A program made the position numbers and the translations under genes. Source: an uncultured Acidimicrobiaceae bacterium (GTDB lineage Bacteria > Actinomycetota > Acidimicrobiia > Acidimicrobiales > RAAP-2). Taken from it: 64,000 nucleotides of DNA. Of the stretch, positions 1 to 9,399 are shown in pieces. How positions within the stretch are numbered: the stretch's first letter is position 1; each line of letters opens with the position of its first letter. Location: contig CAWILW010000002.1 in NCBI GenBank assembly GCA_963837125.1, forward strand, positions 62,812 to 126,811. Direction: 5' to 3'. Under the pieces are notes generated by a model that saw only the letters and a program-made list of their open reading frames with translations, was not told where the DNA came from and did not search any database.

Positions 1-17
1 GCCCGACCGAGGCGTCG

Positions 18-1055
18 TTGAGCGACTTCGTCGTCCGCGAGCGACCGACGCCGGCCGAGCCCCCTCCGCTCCGTGACGATGCGCCCGTGTTCCGCACCAT
101 GGATGCGATCCGTGCGGCACTCGAGATCGAGCTTGCCGAGGACGACCGAGTGTTCGTCGCCGGGGTCGACGTCGGCCAAGGGGGCAACGTTTTCGGACTC
201 ACGCGAGGACTCGCTGACCAATTCGGCCAACGTGTCCGCGACACACCGATCTCTGAGACGGCGATCGTCGGTCTCGGCGTGGGCGCGGCGATGGCCGGGA
301 TGCGCCCCGTGGTCGAGCTGATGTACCTCGACTTCCTCGGCGTCTGCTTCGACCAGCTGCTGAACCAGGCGGCGAAGCTGCCGTTCATGACCGGAGGGGC
401 AGCGGAGATGGCGCTCACGGTGCGCACCCAGTTCGGCGCTGGACGCTCCTCGGGAAGCCAGCACTCGCAGAGTCTCGAGGCGCTGCTGGCGCACATCCCG
501 GGGTTGACCGTCGTCATGCCGTCGACTCCTGCCGACACGTACGGACTGCTCCGAGCGGCAATCCAGGACCCGAATCCGGTCATCTTCATTGAGAACAGGC
601 TGCTGTACGGCATGAAGGGACCGCAGCCGCCATCTGACTACATCCTCCCGATCGGCAAGTCTGCGGTCATTCGTCCGGGGACGGACATGACCGTCGTGTC
701 CGTCTCACGGATGGTCCATGAAGTGCTGGCCGCCGCCGAGCGAGTCGAGAACGATGGCATCTCCGTCGAGGTCATCGACCTGAGAACCGTGGCACCCCTC
801 GACACTGCGCCGATCCTGGAGTCGGTGCACAAGACGAGCCGTCTCCTGATCGCCCACGAGGCCGTCGTCCCCTTCGGGATCGGCGCAGAAATTGCGGCCA
901 CGGTCGCTCGTGAGGGCTTCTGGGACCTGGACGCGCCGATTGAGCGGATCGGAGCGATCGCGACCCCTCCTCCCTATTCGCCCGACCTCGAAAAGGCGTG
1001 GCTGCCAGACCGCGATGACATCGCCGCAGCCATGCGCCGCCTTGCTGCCGTGTAG
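18..1055 (+). CDS. 2-oxoacid (pyruvate/acetoin/branched-chain) dehydrogenase E1 component, beta subunit
   Basis: The translation shows E1-beta/transketolase-like motifs (VFVAGVDVG, RVRDTPISETAIVGLGVGAAMAGMRPVVELMYLDF, PADTYGLLRAAIQDPNPVIFIENRLLY). The frame is open back to base 3, so the true start may lie upstream of the window rather than at TTG 18. Confidence 0.85.
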   Translation: MSDFVVRERPTPAEPPPLRDDAPVFRTMDAIRAALEIELAEDDRVFVAGVDVGQGGNVFGLTRGLADQFGQRVRDTPISETAIVGLGVGAAMAGMRPVVELMYLDFLGVCFDQLLNQAAKLPFMTGGAAEMALTVRTQFGAGRSSGSQHSQSLEALLAHIPGLTVVMPSTPADTYGLLRAAIQDPNPVIFIENRLLYGMKGPQPPSDYILPIGKSAVIRPGTDMTVVSVSRMVHEVLAAAERVENDGISVEVIDLRTVAPLDTAPILESVHKTSRLLIAHEAVVPFGIGAEIAATVAREGFWDLDAPIERIGAIATPPPYSPDLEKAWLPDRDDIAAAMRRLAAV

Positions 1056-1056
1056 T

Positions 1057-2205
1057 TCAGCAGCCCAGGGCCCGGGCGATCACGAGGTGCTGGATCTCGT
1101 TGGTGCCCTCACCGATCTCGAGCACCTTCGAATCGCAGTAGAAGCGAGCCACCGGTGTCTCGAGCATGTAGCCGAGCCCGCCGTGGATCTGCACGGCCTC
1201 CGAGGCTGCCCAAGTGGCGAGGCGGCTGGCCTTGAGCTTCGCCATGGCGGCCTCCTTCAAGAACGGCTGCCCGCTGTCGCGGAGGAAGGCAGCGCGGTAT
1301 GTGAGCCAACGTGCCGCTTCGAGCTCCGTGGCCATGTCGGCCAGCTTGAACTGGATCGCCTGGAACTTTGAGATCGGTTGGCCGAACTGCACGCGCTGTG
1401 CCGCATAGGCGGTCGCCATGTCCAGGACGGCTTGCGTCAGACTCAGCGACAGCGCCGCGATGGAAATGCGTCCGACCTCAAGAGTGCGCAGGAACTGGCT
1501 GAGTCCGAGGTTCGGATCACCGATGAGGTGGTCGTCGGGAACCCAGACCTCGTCCAGGTACAGCTCGCGTGTATCGAGACCGCGCCAACCGATGCCTCGC
1601 ATCTTCGGCCCCATGGTGAAGCCGGCCGTGTCCTTCTCCACGACGAAGCACGCGTACCTGGGACTGTCAGCCTCCGTTGGTTCGACGCGTGCCAGCAACG
1701 TCACACCGAACGACATCTCCGTGCCCGCATTGGAGATGAACGCCTTTTGACCGTTGATCACCCAGCCATCACCGTGTCGTGCCGCCGTGGTTCGGATCCC
1801 GCGGGCGTCGGATCCGGCATCGGGCTCGGTGAGCCCGAACGCGCCCAAGACACGACCCTCGGCGAGTGGCCGCAGCCAACGCTCCCTCTGGGCGTCATTG
1901 CCGAAGAGGTACAAGGGCAATGAGCCGATCGTCGCATGGGCCTGCCACGCGGCAGCAACGGACTGGTCAGCCAGGCCGATCTGCTCCATCGCGGCAACGA
2001 AGCCAATCGTCGACATGCCGATCCCGCCCCACTCCTCCGGGACGAGGATGCCGAGAAGGCCGAGCTCGCCCATCTCCCGGAGGAGATCGGTTGGGCACCG
2101 CGCTTCCTCCCAGGCCAGCGGTGCCCGCTGGGCGATCTCCTTCTGGGCGAAGTCGCGACAGAGGTCGACGAGATCGCGCTCCGATTCGTTCAGCGAGAAG
2201 TCCAT
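1057..2205 (-). CDS. acyl-CoA dehydrogenase
   Basis: A 382-aa ORF with ACAD signatures (GLTEPDAGSD, WVINGQKAFISNAG, C-terminal LEIGEGTNEIQ). It is convergent with the E1-beta gene, with a 1-nt spacer. Confidence 0.9.
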   Translation of the reverse strand: MDFSLNESERDLVDLCRDFAQKEIAQRAPLAWEEARCPTDLLREMGELGLLGILVPEEWGGIGMSTIGFVAAMEQIGLADQSVAAAWQAHATIGSLPLYLFGNDAQRERWLRPLAEGRVLGAFGLTEPDAGSDARGIRTTAARHGDGWVINGQKAFISNAGTEMSFGVTLLARVEPTEADSPRYACFVVEKDTAGFTMGPKMRGIGWRGLDTRELYLDEVWVPDDHLIGDPNLGLSQFLRTLEVGRISIAALSLSLTQAVLDMATAYAAQRVQFGQPISKFQAIQFKLADMATELEAARWLTYRAAFLRDSGQPFLKEAAMAKLKASRLATWAASEAVQIHGGLGYMLETPVARFYCDSKVLEIGEGTNEIQHLVIARALGC

Positions 2206-2211
2206 GGATGC

Positions 2212-3162
2212 TCAGGATCCTTCGGGCGGTTCGGTGGCGGCCGCGAGGTGTGCCATGAACGTGGTCGACCAGTCGGTGAGGTCCGCCGGGACGTAGTAGC
2301 CCGTCTCATCGTTGATGGCGGCCCAGTTCTGGGCGATGTCCTCGACGGTCGGCATCGAGCCCGCGTGGACGTACCCGGGGGTCGACGCAATGAAGATGCG
2401 GGAGAAGCGGCCTGCGCCCGCTGCATAGATCTCTCCGCTGACCGGACAGGTCTCGTGGGCGAGGAGGGCGACCATTGGTGCGACATGGCCCGGGGACATC
2501 GGCGACGCATCCGCGCTGCCGGGCGTCTCGACGTTGGCAGCGGGATGGCCTGCCATTCGGGTGTAGGCCGCCGGTGCGATGAGATTGATCTTGATGCCGT
2601 GTCGGGTGCCTGCGGTCTTGAGGCTCCGGGTGAGTCCGATCACGGCAGCCTTGGCCGTCGCGTACGACAGGTTCTGAGGCAGCCCGAAGATGCCGGTAGA
2701 AGTCGTCATGACGATGCGGCCGTAGCCCTGTTCGACCATGTGTGGCCATGCGGCTCGGGTTGTGTTGAACGACCCAACGGTATGGACGGCGAGGTGACTT
2801 GCGAGGTTGTCCTCGTCGGCGTCGGGAAGGCCGGCCCACCTGATGATGCCGGCGTTGTTGATCAGAATGTCGAGGCGGCCGAATCGCTCGACGGCAGTGT
2901 CGACCAGCGATTGCGCGCCGGCGGCCGTAGCCACGTCACTGCTGTCTGCAACGGCAGCCCCGCCTGCGGCAACGATGTCCCCGGCGACGGTTGACGCGAC
3001 ACCGGCGTCGGCACCGAGGCCTTCCATGGAGCCTCCGAGGTCATTGACGACGACGCTGGCCCCACGTTCAGCGAGGAGGAGCGCATGGGCTCGACCGATT
3101 CCTCGCCCGGCACCGGTGACGACCGCCACGCGGCCCTCGAAGCTGTGCCTGTCCACGCCCAC
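2212..3162 (-). CDS. short-chain dehydrogenase/reductase (SDR), MFE-2/Hsd4A-N-terminal-like
   Basis: It has the Rossmann motif VVTGAGRGIG, NNAGI and YATAK (YxxxK). The ORF-track start at 3351 would overlap the upstream gene, so I prefer GTG at 3162 (or 3156), just before the Rossmann motif. Confidence 0.8.
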   Translation of the reverse strand: MGVDRHSFEGRVAVVTGAGRGIGRAHALLLAERGASVVVNDLGGSMEGLGADAGVASTVAGDIVAAGGAAVADSSDVATAAGAQSLVDTAVERFGRLDILINNAGIIRWAGLPDADEDNLASHLAVHTVGSFNTTRAAWPHMVEQGYGRIVMTTSTGIFGLPQNLSYATAKAAVIGLTRSLKTAGTRHGIKINLIAPAAYTRMAGHPAANVETPGSADASPMSPGHVAPMVALLAHETCPVSGEIYAAGAGRFSRIFIASTPGYVHAGSMPTVEDIAQNWAAINDETGYYVPADLTDWSTTFMAHLAAATEPPEGS

Positions 3163-3199
3163 CCGGATCTCGTCGTGCCGCCGACGCTGAGGCGGTCGC

Positions 3200-4459
3200 C
3201 TAGTTCCGATGCGCCGCTGCGGCGACCGGAGCGTTGAATCCGAGGAGCCCGCCGAGGGTGCCGCCCACCATGGCGTCTCGCTCAACGGTCGGGACATCTG
3301 CGAACAGCCGGTCCATGAGCTCTCTGCTGCCCCGGAAGGTTCCCTCGGCATGCGGGTAGTCGTTACCCCACACGATCGACGACAACCCGGTGATATGCCG
3401 ACAGGCCACCGCGACGGGGTCGTCTTGAAAGGAGACGTGGAACTGGCGCTTCACGTATTCACTCGGCTTCAGCGGGTACAGCCACTTCTCGTTCAGCCGA
3501 AACAGGCGCGCCATCCCGCTCTGCTCCTCTGGGGGGCGGCTGTCGTCCCAGACCCCGAGCCACCAGTCGGCGTCCTGCCCGATCCCCGTCATCCACGACT
3601 TGTCCATGCTGCCGACCAGGGAGGCGAGCCAGTGGGCGTTGAACTCGATCAGCGCGAAATGGAGGTCGGGGTAGCGCTCGGGCACACCACCGCCGATGAG
3701 CTCACAGATGACCTGTTGCGGGACGATCGTGCTGTAGATCGACTGCGTGACCATCCGCTTGGAGGCTGACTTCTCGGTCATCGGCTGGTTGACCTGAGCG
3801 GCGTTCTCCATGACGACCTTCAACGTGGTCGAGGCGGGGTCGTTGAGCTTCACGCCGCCGGTCTGCGTGTGGATGAAGACGTGCACACCGTTCGCTTGCG
3901 CCGCGGCCCAGACCGGGTCGAAGTCCCGCGAGTAGTACGGCTTGGGCGGCACGGCCGGGAGGAGGATGGCGCGGAAGCCACCGGCGGCCGCACGCTCAAT
4001 CTCTTCCACGGCGTCGCCGACGTCGGTGAGAGGAATGGGGGCCGTCGGGGCAAGGCGGGAGAAGTACGGCGTGAATCGCTCCATGATGAAGTCGTTGTAC
4101 ACACGCGCGTGCGCCATCGACAGTTCGTGGTCGTCGGAGTAGAGACCGAAGAGCGACAGGTTCGGATGCATGACCCCTATGTCGACTCCGTCGGATTCGA
4201 GGTCCTCGATGATGAGCTCGGGGTCGCCCTCGGGCATCCGGCCACCCGTCTGGCGGTATCGAGAGATGGTCCACCCCTCGAAGCCCGGCGTGTGGAGTCG
4301 GCGGAAGATCCGAGCGCCGCCCTCGACGAGCGGCTCGATCTCAAAGTCGTCTTCCCAGACGGCGCGGTCCCGGAGGTGCTTGGGCAGGCGGGTGACGAAG
4401 AGGTCGGTGGGCTCCAGGATGTGCCCGTCGGCGGAGATGACAAGTTGCGTCTCTGTCAT
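3200..4459 (-). CDS. amidohydrolase_2-family metal-dependent hydrolase/decarboxylase
   Basis: ATG start. The N-terminal ISADGHILEP and C-terminal WGNDYPHAEG motifs are typical of the ACMSD/LigW-like amidohydrolase_2 family. It is a paralogue of 39712-41103. Confidence 0.8.
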   Translation of the reverse strand: MTETQLVISADGHILEPTDLFVTRLPKHLRDRAVWEDDFEIEPLVEGGARIFRRLHTPGFEGWTISRYRQTGGRMPEGDPELIIEDLESDGVDIGVMHPNLSLFGLYSDDHELSMAHARVYNDFIMERFTPYFSRLAPTAPIPLTDVGDAVEEIERAAAGGFRAILLPAVPPKPYYSRDFDPVWAAAQANGVHVFIHTQTGGVKLNDPASTTLKVVMENAAQVNQPMTEKSASKRMVTQSIYSTIVPQQVICELIGGGVPERYPDLHFALIEFNAHWLASLVGSMDKSWMTGIGQDADWWLGVWDDSRPPEEQSGMARLFRLNEKWLYPLKPSEYVKRQFHVSFQDDPVAVACRHITGLSSIVWGNDYPHAEGTFRGSRELMDRLFADVPTVERDAMVGGTLGGLLGFNAPVAAAAHRN

Positions 4460-4544
4460 GGTTGTGACCTTCCTGCGCGGGGGCGCAAGATCTCTTTACC
4501 GGATGACCGGCGGGGCGCGCACGCGGTACCCTGCTCTTCGACCT

Positions 4545-4565
4545 TAGACCAACCGGTCGGTACAA
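4545..4565. promoter_or_regulatory. candidate operator, 21-bp imperfect palindrome (copy 1)
   Basis: tagaccaaccggtcggtacaa lies in a divergent intergenic region. Its reverse complement matches 19 of 21 nt of the site at 7445-7465. Confidence 0.55.
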
Positions 4566-4616
4566 GCAACGCGAGCAACGAGGTCGCCGGACCCTGCGGC
4601 CAGAAGGAGACGAGCC

Positions 4617-5675
4617 GTGACGAAGCGGTGGAAGCAACGCCCGCCAGGTTCGACGTGGGGCGATTGGGGGGACGACGACGAGCTCGGCCGCATCAACCTG
4701 CTCACCCCCGAAAAGGTCCTCCAGGGCGTGCGGGAGGTGAGGGCCGGCATCAGTTTCTGCCTGAGCCTTCCGCTCGACTTTCCCGGTGGGACCGCCTTGA
4801 ACCAGCGGCGTTACCCGCCGGTCCTGTCACCCACCGAGGACATGGACGGCAATGACGGCACCTTCTACAACGTCCCCATGAGGACGATGGAGAAGTACGG
4901 CGACCCGAAGTACGTGGATGTGTGGGCGGACGATATGGTGACGCTCTCGCTGCAGTACTCGACGCAGTGGGACTCCCTCGCGCACGTCGGAGCCGAGTTC
5001 GATGCCGACGGGGACGGGATCGAGGAGGCGGTGTACTACAACGGCTACCGCGCCGGTGACGATCTCGTCGGACCGAAATCCGACGCGGAGGGTGACGGTG
5101 GTCGGCACCGCTGCTTCGCCCACCACCTCGGCTTGGAGAACATGGCCGCCACGGGCGTGCAGGGTCGCGGCGTCCTCGTCGACCTGGCCCACCACCTGGG
5201 CCACGATTGGCGGGGGGTGGACCGCAAGACGCTCGAGGAGATCATGGCTGCCGACAAGGTCGTCGTCGAGCCCGGCGACATGCTCCTGCTCCACACGGGA
5301 TTCGCCACCGAGATCCTCAAATGGAACCGTGACCCGGATCCGGTGAAGATCCACACTCTCTGCACCTATCTCGATGCTCGAGACGAATCACTGTTGGAGT
5401 GGATCACGGAGTCACAGATCTCGGCGCTGGTGGCGGACAACTATGCCGTTGAAGGGATGGTGGGCAAGGATCGCGATGAGAGCCGCCACTCGTTTCTGCC
5501 GATCCACCACCTGTGTCTCTTCCGGTTGGGCGTACCTCTCGGCGAGATGTGGTACCTGCACGAGCTCGCAACATGGCTGCGCGAGCACGACCGGAGCCGG
5601 TTTCTGCTGACAGCGCCGCCGCTGCGACTCCCCGGAGCCGTGGGCTCCCCGCTGACGCCGGTCGCGACCGTCTGA
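4617..5675 (+). CDS. putative cyclase-family (kynurenine-formamidase-like) hydrolase
   Basis: The GTG start is preceded by GAAGGAG. The N-terminal WGDDDELGRINLLTPEKV and the LHTGF segment recall the cyclase family. Codon usage is coding-like throughout. Confidence 0.7.
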   Translation: MTKRWKQRPPGSTWGDWGDDDELGRINLLTPEKVLQGVREVRAGISFCLSLPLDFPGGTALNQRRYPPVLSPTEDMDGNDGTFYNVPMRTMEKYGDPKYVDVWADDMVTLSLQYSTQWDSLAHVGAEFDADGDGIEEAVYYNGYRAGDDLVGPKSDAEGDGGRHRCFAHHLGLENMAATGVQGRGVLVDLAHHLGHDWRGVDRKTLEEIMAADKVVVEPGDMLLLHTGFATEILKWNRDPDPVKIHTLCTYLDARDESLLEWITESQISALVADNYAVEGMVGKDRDESRHSFLPIHHLCLFRLGVPLGEMWYLHELATWLREHDRSRFLLTAPPLRLPGAVGSPLTPVATV

Positions 5676-5697
5676 CCAGGACAGATCGTTGGCGGCG

Positions 5698-7359
5698 TCA
5701 GCTCCGTGTCGCGGCGGGCTCCGCAGAGCGTGAAATTCGGAACGCCTTGTAGTCGCTCTCGACGACCTTCCGGATCTCCGCGAAGAGCTTCGGGCGACCA
5801 GCAGAGTTCAACAGGTACTTCCGAGGTTTCCCTGGGATGTTGCTCCCGAAGTAGTAACTGATCTCACCGAACGAAGGGGCCTTCGTCGCCCAGCGATCGA
5901 CCATGTTGGTCCACTTGTCCTCGGCGGCACGGTCGACCTCGATCGTGTCGCAGCCAACGCGCCGCACATGGAGGAGCAGGTCCATGATGAAGTCAACTTG
6001 GTCCCCGTTGTAGCGCGGGTTGTTGCCGGCCGCGGCATGCGGCCCACCGGGGAAGAAGAAGTTCGGGAATTCGGTCGTCTGAACGCCGAGGAACGTCTTC
6101 GGGCCGTCGGCCCAGTGGTCTACGAGCGCAAGGCCGTGACGGCCGCGGATCCCCATGCGGGACAGCGCTCCGGTACCGAAGTCGAAGCCGGTGGCCCATA
6201 CGACGATGTCGAAATCCCGCACACCCTCGGTCGTCTCAATCCCGCTCTCGGTCATGCGTACGATGGGCGTGTCCTCGAGGCTGACCAGATCGATGTTCGA
6301 ATTGTTGTACACCTCGAAGTAGCCGTTCACGAACGGCGGTCGCTTCTCCCCAAACCGGTGGTCCTTGGGGATCAGCTTGTCCGCCGTCTCGGGGTCCGTG
6401 ACGATGCCCCGGATCTTCTCGGAAACGAACTCACGCCATTCGGCATTCGCAGCCTCGTCGAGCAGGAGGTCGCTGTAGTTGCTGGTGAGCTTCGAGAAGC
6501 CGGGGCTGCGCCACATCTTCTCGAAAAAGGCCCATCGCTCCTCCCTGGAGTCGTCGAAGACCGCGCGATCGCAGGCCCGGTGGAGAAATCCGCTGGGCGA
6601 TGTGTTGAGGATGTCGCACATTGCCTCGAAGTCGGCTCTGAGCCGAGCCTGTTCGTCGGGCGTGATCGGTGTGTTGTTGAGCGGTGTGCACCAGTTGGCG
6701 GTGCGTTGAAAGACGGTGAGACTCGTGACCTGGCTCGCGATGGCCGGGATCACCTGTACGCCGCTCGAACCGGTGCCGATCACAGCGACTCGCTTGCCGT
6801 CGAAGTCGACGGGCGCAGCCGGCCACCGCCCCGTGTGGTACGACTCGCCGCGAAAGTCCTCGCGTCCCGCCACATCCGGGTAGTAGGGCACGGAGAGGAC
6901 TCCGGTTGCCGCGACGAGATACCGACCCCAGAGCTCGGTGTCGTCGCCCACCGTGACCCTCCACCTCCCCGACGACTCGTCGTACGAGGCCGAGGTGACC
7001 ATGGCCCCGAATCGGATGTGGCGGCGGAGGTCGAACCGGTCCACGACGTGGTTCAGATATTGCTCGATCTCCGGCTGCTGCGCGAAGTGCTCTTGCCACT
7101 CCCACTCCTCGAAGAGCTCCTTCGAAAAGAGATAGGCGTACGTGTAACTCTCGGAGTCGAATCGGGCTCCCGGGTACCGGTTCCAGAACCAGGTACCGCC
7201 CACGCCATCGCCAGCCTCCACGAGCTGCGCCGAGAAACCGGCTTCGAGAGCTCGATAGAGCTGGTAGATGCCCGTGATGCCTGCGCCGACGATCAGCACG
7301 TCCACGTCCGCCACGAGTTGGCCGGCGCTCGGTTCAGGTGCGGTTTCGGGGGGTGTCAT
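5698..7359 (-). CDS. Baeyer-Villiger (flavin-containing) monooxygenase
   Basis: It carries two dinucleotide-binding motifs (GAGITG, GTGSSG) and the BVMO fingerprint FxGxxxHxxxWP, seen here as FRGESYHTGRWP. Confidence 0.9.
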   Translation of the reverse strand: MTPPETAPEPSAGQLVADVDVLIVGAGITGIYQLYRALEAGFSAQLVEAGDGVGGTWFWNRYPGARFDSESYTYAYLFSKELFEEWEWQEHFAQQPEIEQYLNHVVDRFDLRRHIRFGAMVTSASYDESSGRWRVTVGDDTELWGRYLVAATGVLSVPYYPDVAGREDFRGESYHTGRWPAAPVDFDGKRVAVIGTGSSGVQVIPAIASQVTSLTVFQRTANWCTPLNNTPITPDEQARLRADFEAMCDILNTSPSGFLHRACDRAVFDDSREERWAFFEKMWRSPGFSKLTSNYSDLLLDEAANAEWREFVSEKIRGIVTDPETADKLIPKDHRFGEKRPPFVNGYFEVYNNSNIDLVSLEDTPIVRMTESGIETTEGVRDFDIVVWATGFDFGTGALSRMGIRGRHGLALVDHWADGPKTFLGVQTTEFPNFFFPGGPHAAAGNNPRYNGDQVDFIMDLLLHVRRVGCDTIEVDRAAEDKWTNMVDRWATKAPSFGEISYYFGSNIPGKPRKYLLNSAGRPKLFAEIRKVVESDYKAFRISRSAEPAATRS

Positions 7360-7444
7360 GAGCCTCCGCGGCGTGGACCCCGTCAGGGCGTTTGCGTCGT
7401 GTCCACTGGCGGCACATCATGCCCCCGGAGTGGGTCGGCCCATA

Positions 7445-7465
7445 TTGTACCGACCGGTTAGTATA
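7445..7465. promoter_or_regulatory. candidate operator, 21-bp imperfect palindrome (copy 2)
   Basis: ttgtaccgaccggttagtata is flanked by perfect outer arms ATTGTA/TACAAT (7444-7469) and lies between the divergent BVMO and Rieske genes. Confidence 0.55.
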
Positions 7466-7500
7466 CAATCTGATCGCACTCCGAGCAGGAAAGGGGCCGA

Positions 7501-8868
7501 ATGGCGGTCGTGGATCGGAGAGCGTCGGCCCTCTCGGCGCGCTACGCGGTGGAGTTCCCGGACCGGGCCCCCAAGGAGCGCTATTTCGACCCGGACTTCT
7601 TCCAGCTGGAGGTTGACCTCCTGTGGTCCCGGGTCTGGCAGATGGCGTGCAGGCTCGAGGAGATCCCACGGCCTCGGGACTTCGTCGAGTACCAGATCCT
7701 CAATCAGTCCGTCGTCGTGGTGCGCACGGACGACGGGGGAGTGAGTGCCTTCCAGAATGCCTGCCGCCACCGTGGCGTCAAAGTCGTCCAGGGTTCGGGC
7801 ACCTGCGAGAACGGATTCATCTGCCCCTTCCACGGCTGGTGCTACGGCCCGGACGGCACGAACACCTTTGTCCCACGTAAGAAGACCTTCGCCGAACACA
7901 ACATGCAGCCGGACGAGATCAACCTCACACCCGTGCGATGCGAGACCTGGGGCGGATGCGCGTGGATCAACCTCGACGACGATGCGCCACCGTTGCGGGA
8001 CTGCATCGAGCCGTTCGCCTCCGTCCTTGACGCGTGGAAGGTGGAGTCGATGCGGGCCGAGTGGTGGTACGCGTGCCGGCTCCCTGTGAACTGGAAACTC
8101 GCCGAAGAGGCCTTCATGGAGCAGTACCACGTGGTGGAGGCGCATCCCCAGCTCGTCATTCCAGGGAGAGGCCCGTCACGCAGTGGTGGAGAGGTCGATC
8201 CCCGTGCCCTCATCGATGCGGAGATCGTGTACCTGCGCACGATGAGCGAAGGCATGGCGGGAATGGTCCACGCCAAGGATGTACGCGTTGCGGAGGGTTT
8301 GCGGGACACCATTGAGCTGCCGGCCGACCCGACGTCGGCGATGGCGACCTGGCATCGAACCCTCAACGACGCGATCGTGGACTGGCACCGGGCCGAGGGC
8401 AGCGATATCCCGGACCTGAACGATCTGGAGGCTCGGGGTCTCAACGAGCCGATGGCCTACTGCTTCCCGCACCACTTCGTGTTGCCGATGTACAGCAGTG
8501 CCTCCGCCTACCGCTTCCGGCCGCTCGGGCCGGAGGAGACACTGATGGAGATCTGGTCGCTGACGCGGTTCCCCGAAGGGAGGGAGCCGGAGAGGCCCGT
8601 CCCGCCCGAGATCTGGGAACACGACGACCCGCGCTGGCCGCCGATCCCGGCCCAGGACTTCTCGAACCTGCCGAGACAGCAGAAGGGGCTCCATGCGAGG
8701 GGTTTCGAGTACATGCGATTGTCCGCGGGAGTCGAGGGAGGCATCTCGAACTTCGAACGGATGGTTGACGGCCTCCTCGCCGGACTTCCCTACGAGAAGC
8801 TGCTCCAGGGCCTGCGGTCGGTCAACGTGAACCCGCTCGAGCAGCCCGTCGTCGACTTGGGCTTCTGA
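7501..8868 (+). CDS. Rieske [2Fe-2S] aromatic-ring-hydroxylating oxygenase, alpha subunit
   Basis: It has the Rieske motif CRHRG-x16-CPFHGW and the mononuclear-iron motif EQYHVVEAH. The ATG start is preceded by GGAAAGGGG. Confidence 0.9.
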   Translation: MAVVDRRASALSARYAVEFPDRAPKERYFDPDFFQLEVDLLWSRVWQMACRLEEIPRPRDFVEYQILNQSVVVVRTDDGGVSAFQNACRHRGVKVVQGSGTCENGFICPFHGWCYGPDGTNTFVPRKKTFAEHNMQPDEINLTPVRCETWGGCAWINLDDDAPPLRDCIEPFASVLDAWKVESMRAEWWYACRLPVNWKLAEEAFMEQYHVVEAHPQLVIPGRGPSRSGGEVDPRALIDAEIVYLRTMSEGMAGMVHAKDVRVAEGLRDTIELPADPTSAMATWHRTLNDAIVDWHRAEGSDIPDLNDLEARGLNEPMAYCFPHHFVLPMYSSASAYRFRPLGPEETLMEIWSLTRFPEGREPERPVPPEIWEHDDPRWPPIPAQDFSNLPRQQKGLHARGFEYMRLSAGVEGGISNFERMVDGLLAGLPYEKLLQGLRSVNVNPLEQPVVDLGF

Positions 8869-8924
8869 GTACGGGCGCAGATCATGATGGAAGCCGCGTC
8901 TCGCGCTCTGAACCTGGTGGTCAG

Positions 8925-9341
8925 TTGTCGATGGAAATGAGCCACGCGGACGTCGCAGAGGGTGTGCGCGCCACCATCGCCGCCTACACCCAGGCTCTGG
9001 ACGACGGCCGGACAGATGACGTCGTGGCAACCTTCTGCGCGGACGGCGTCTGCGACATCCCCGGCATGGGCACCCACACGGGCCACGACGCCCTCCGCCA
9101 GGCCTTCACGAAATGGGAGCCGAGGCAGCCCCAGCGCCACCTCGTCCTCAACACGGTCGTCACGGACTGGAGCGATCACGAGGCCACTGCCACCAGCGAC
9201 GTGGTCTTCTTGTTGCTGAGTGACTCTGGTTGGGCGATCAAGCTGGTGGGTCGCTATCACGACGTCTTGCATCGCGTCGAGGGCGCTTGGCGGTTCCACA
9301 ATCGCACGGCCACCTTCGTCACGGAGCCCCTGCGGCCTTAG
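8925..9341 (+). CDS. SnoaL-like / NTF2-fold protein
   Basis: The small ORF begins in the way of SnoaL_4-type proteins (VRATIAAYTQALDDGRTDDVVATFCADGV). The start is uncertain (TTG 8925, or ATG 8931/8937). Confidence 0.6.
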   Translation: MSMEMSHADVAEGVRATIAAYTQALDDGRTDDVVATFCADGVCDIPGMGTHTGHDALRQAFTKWEPRQPQRHLVLNTVVTDWSDHEATATSDVVFLLLSDSGWAIKLVGRYHDVLHRVEGAWRFHNRTATFVTEPLRP

Positions 9342-9399
9342 GGACGGCCTGGTTCAGAGCGTGCGTTCGAGACGACAGGCGTCGTCCGAGCAGAGGCCG

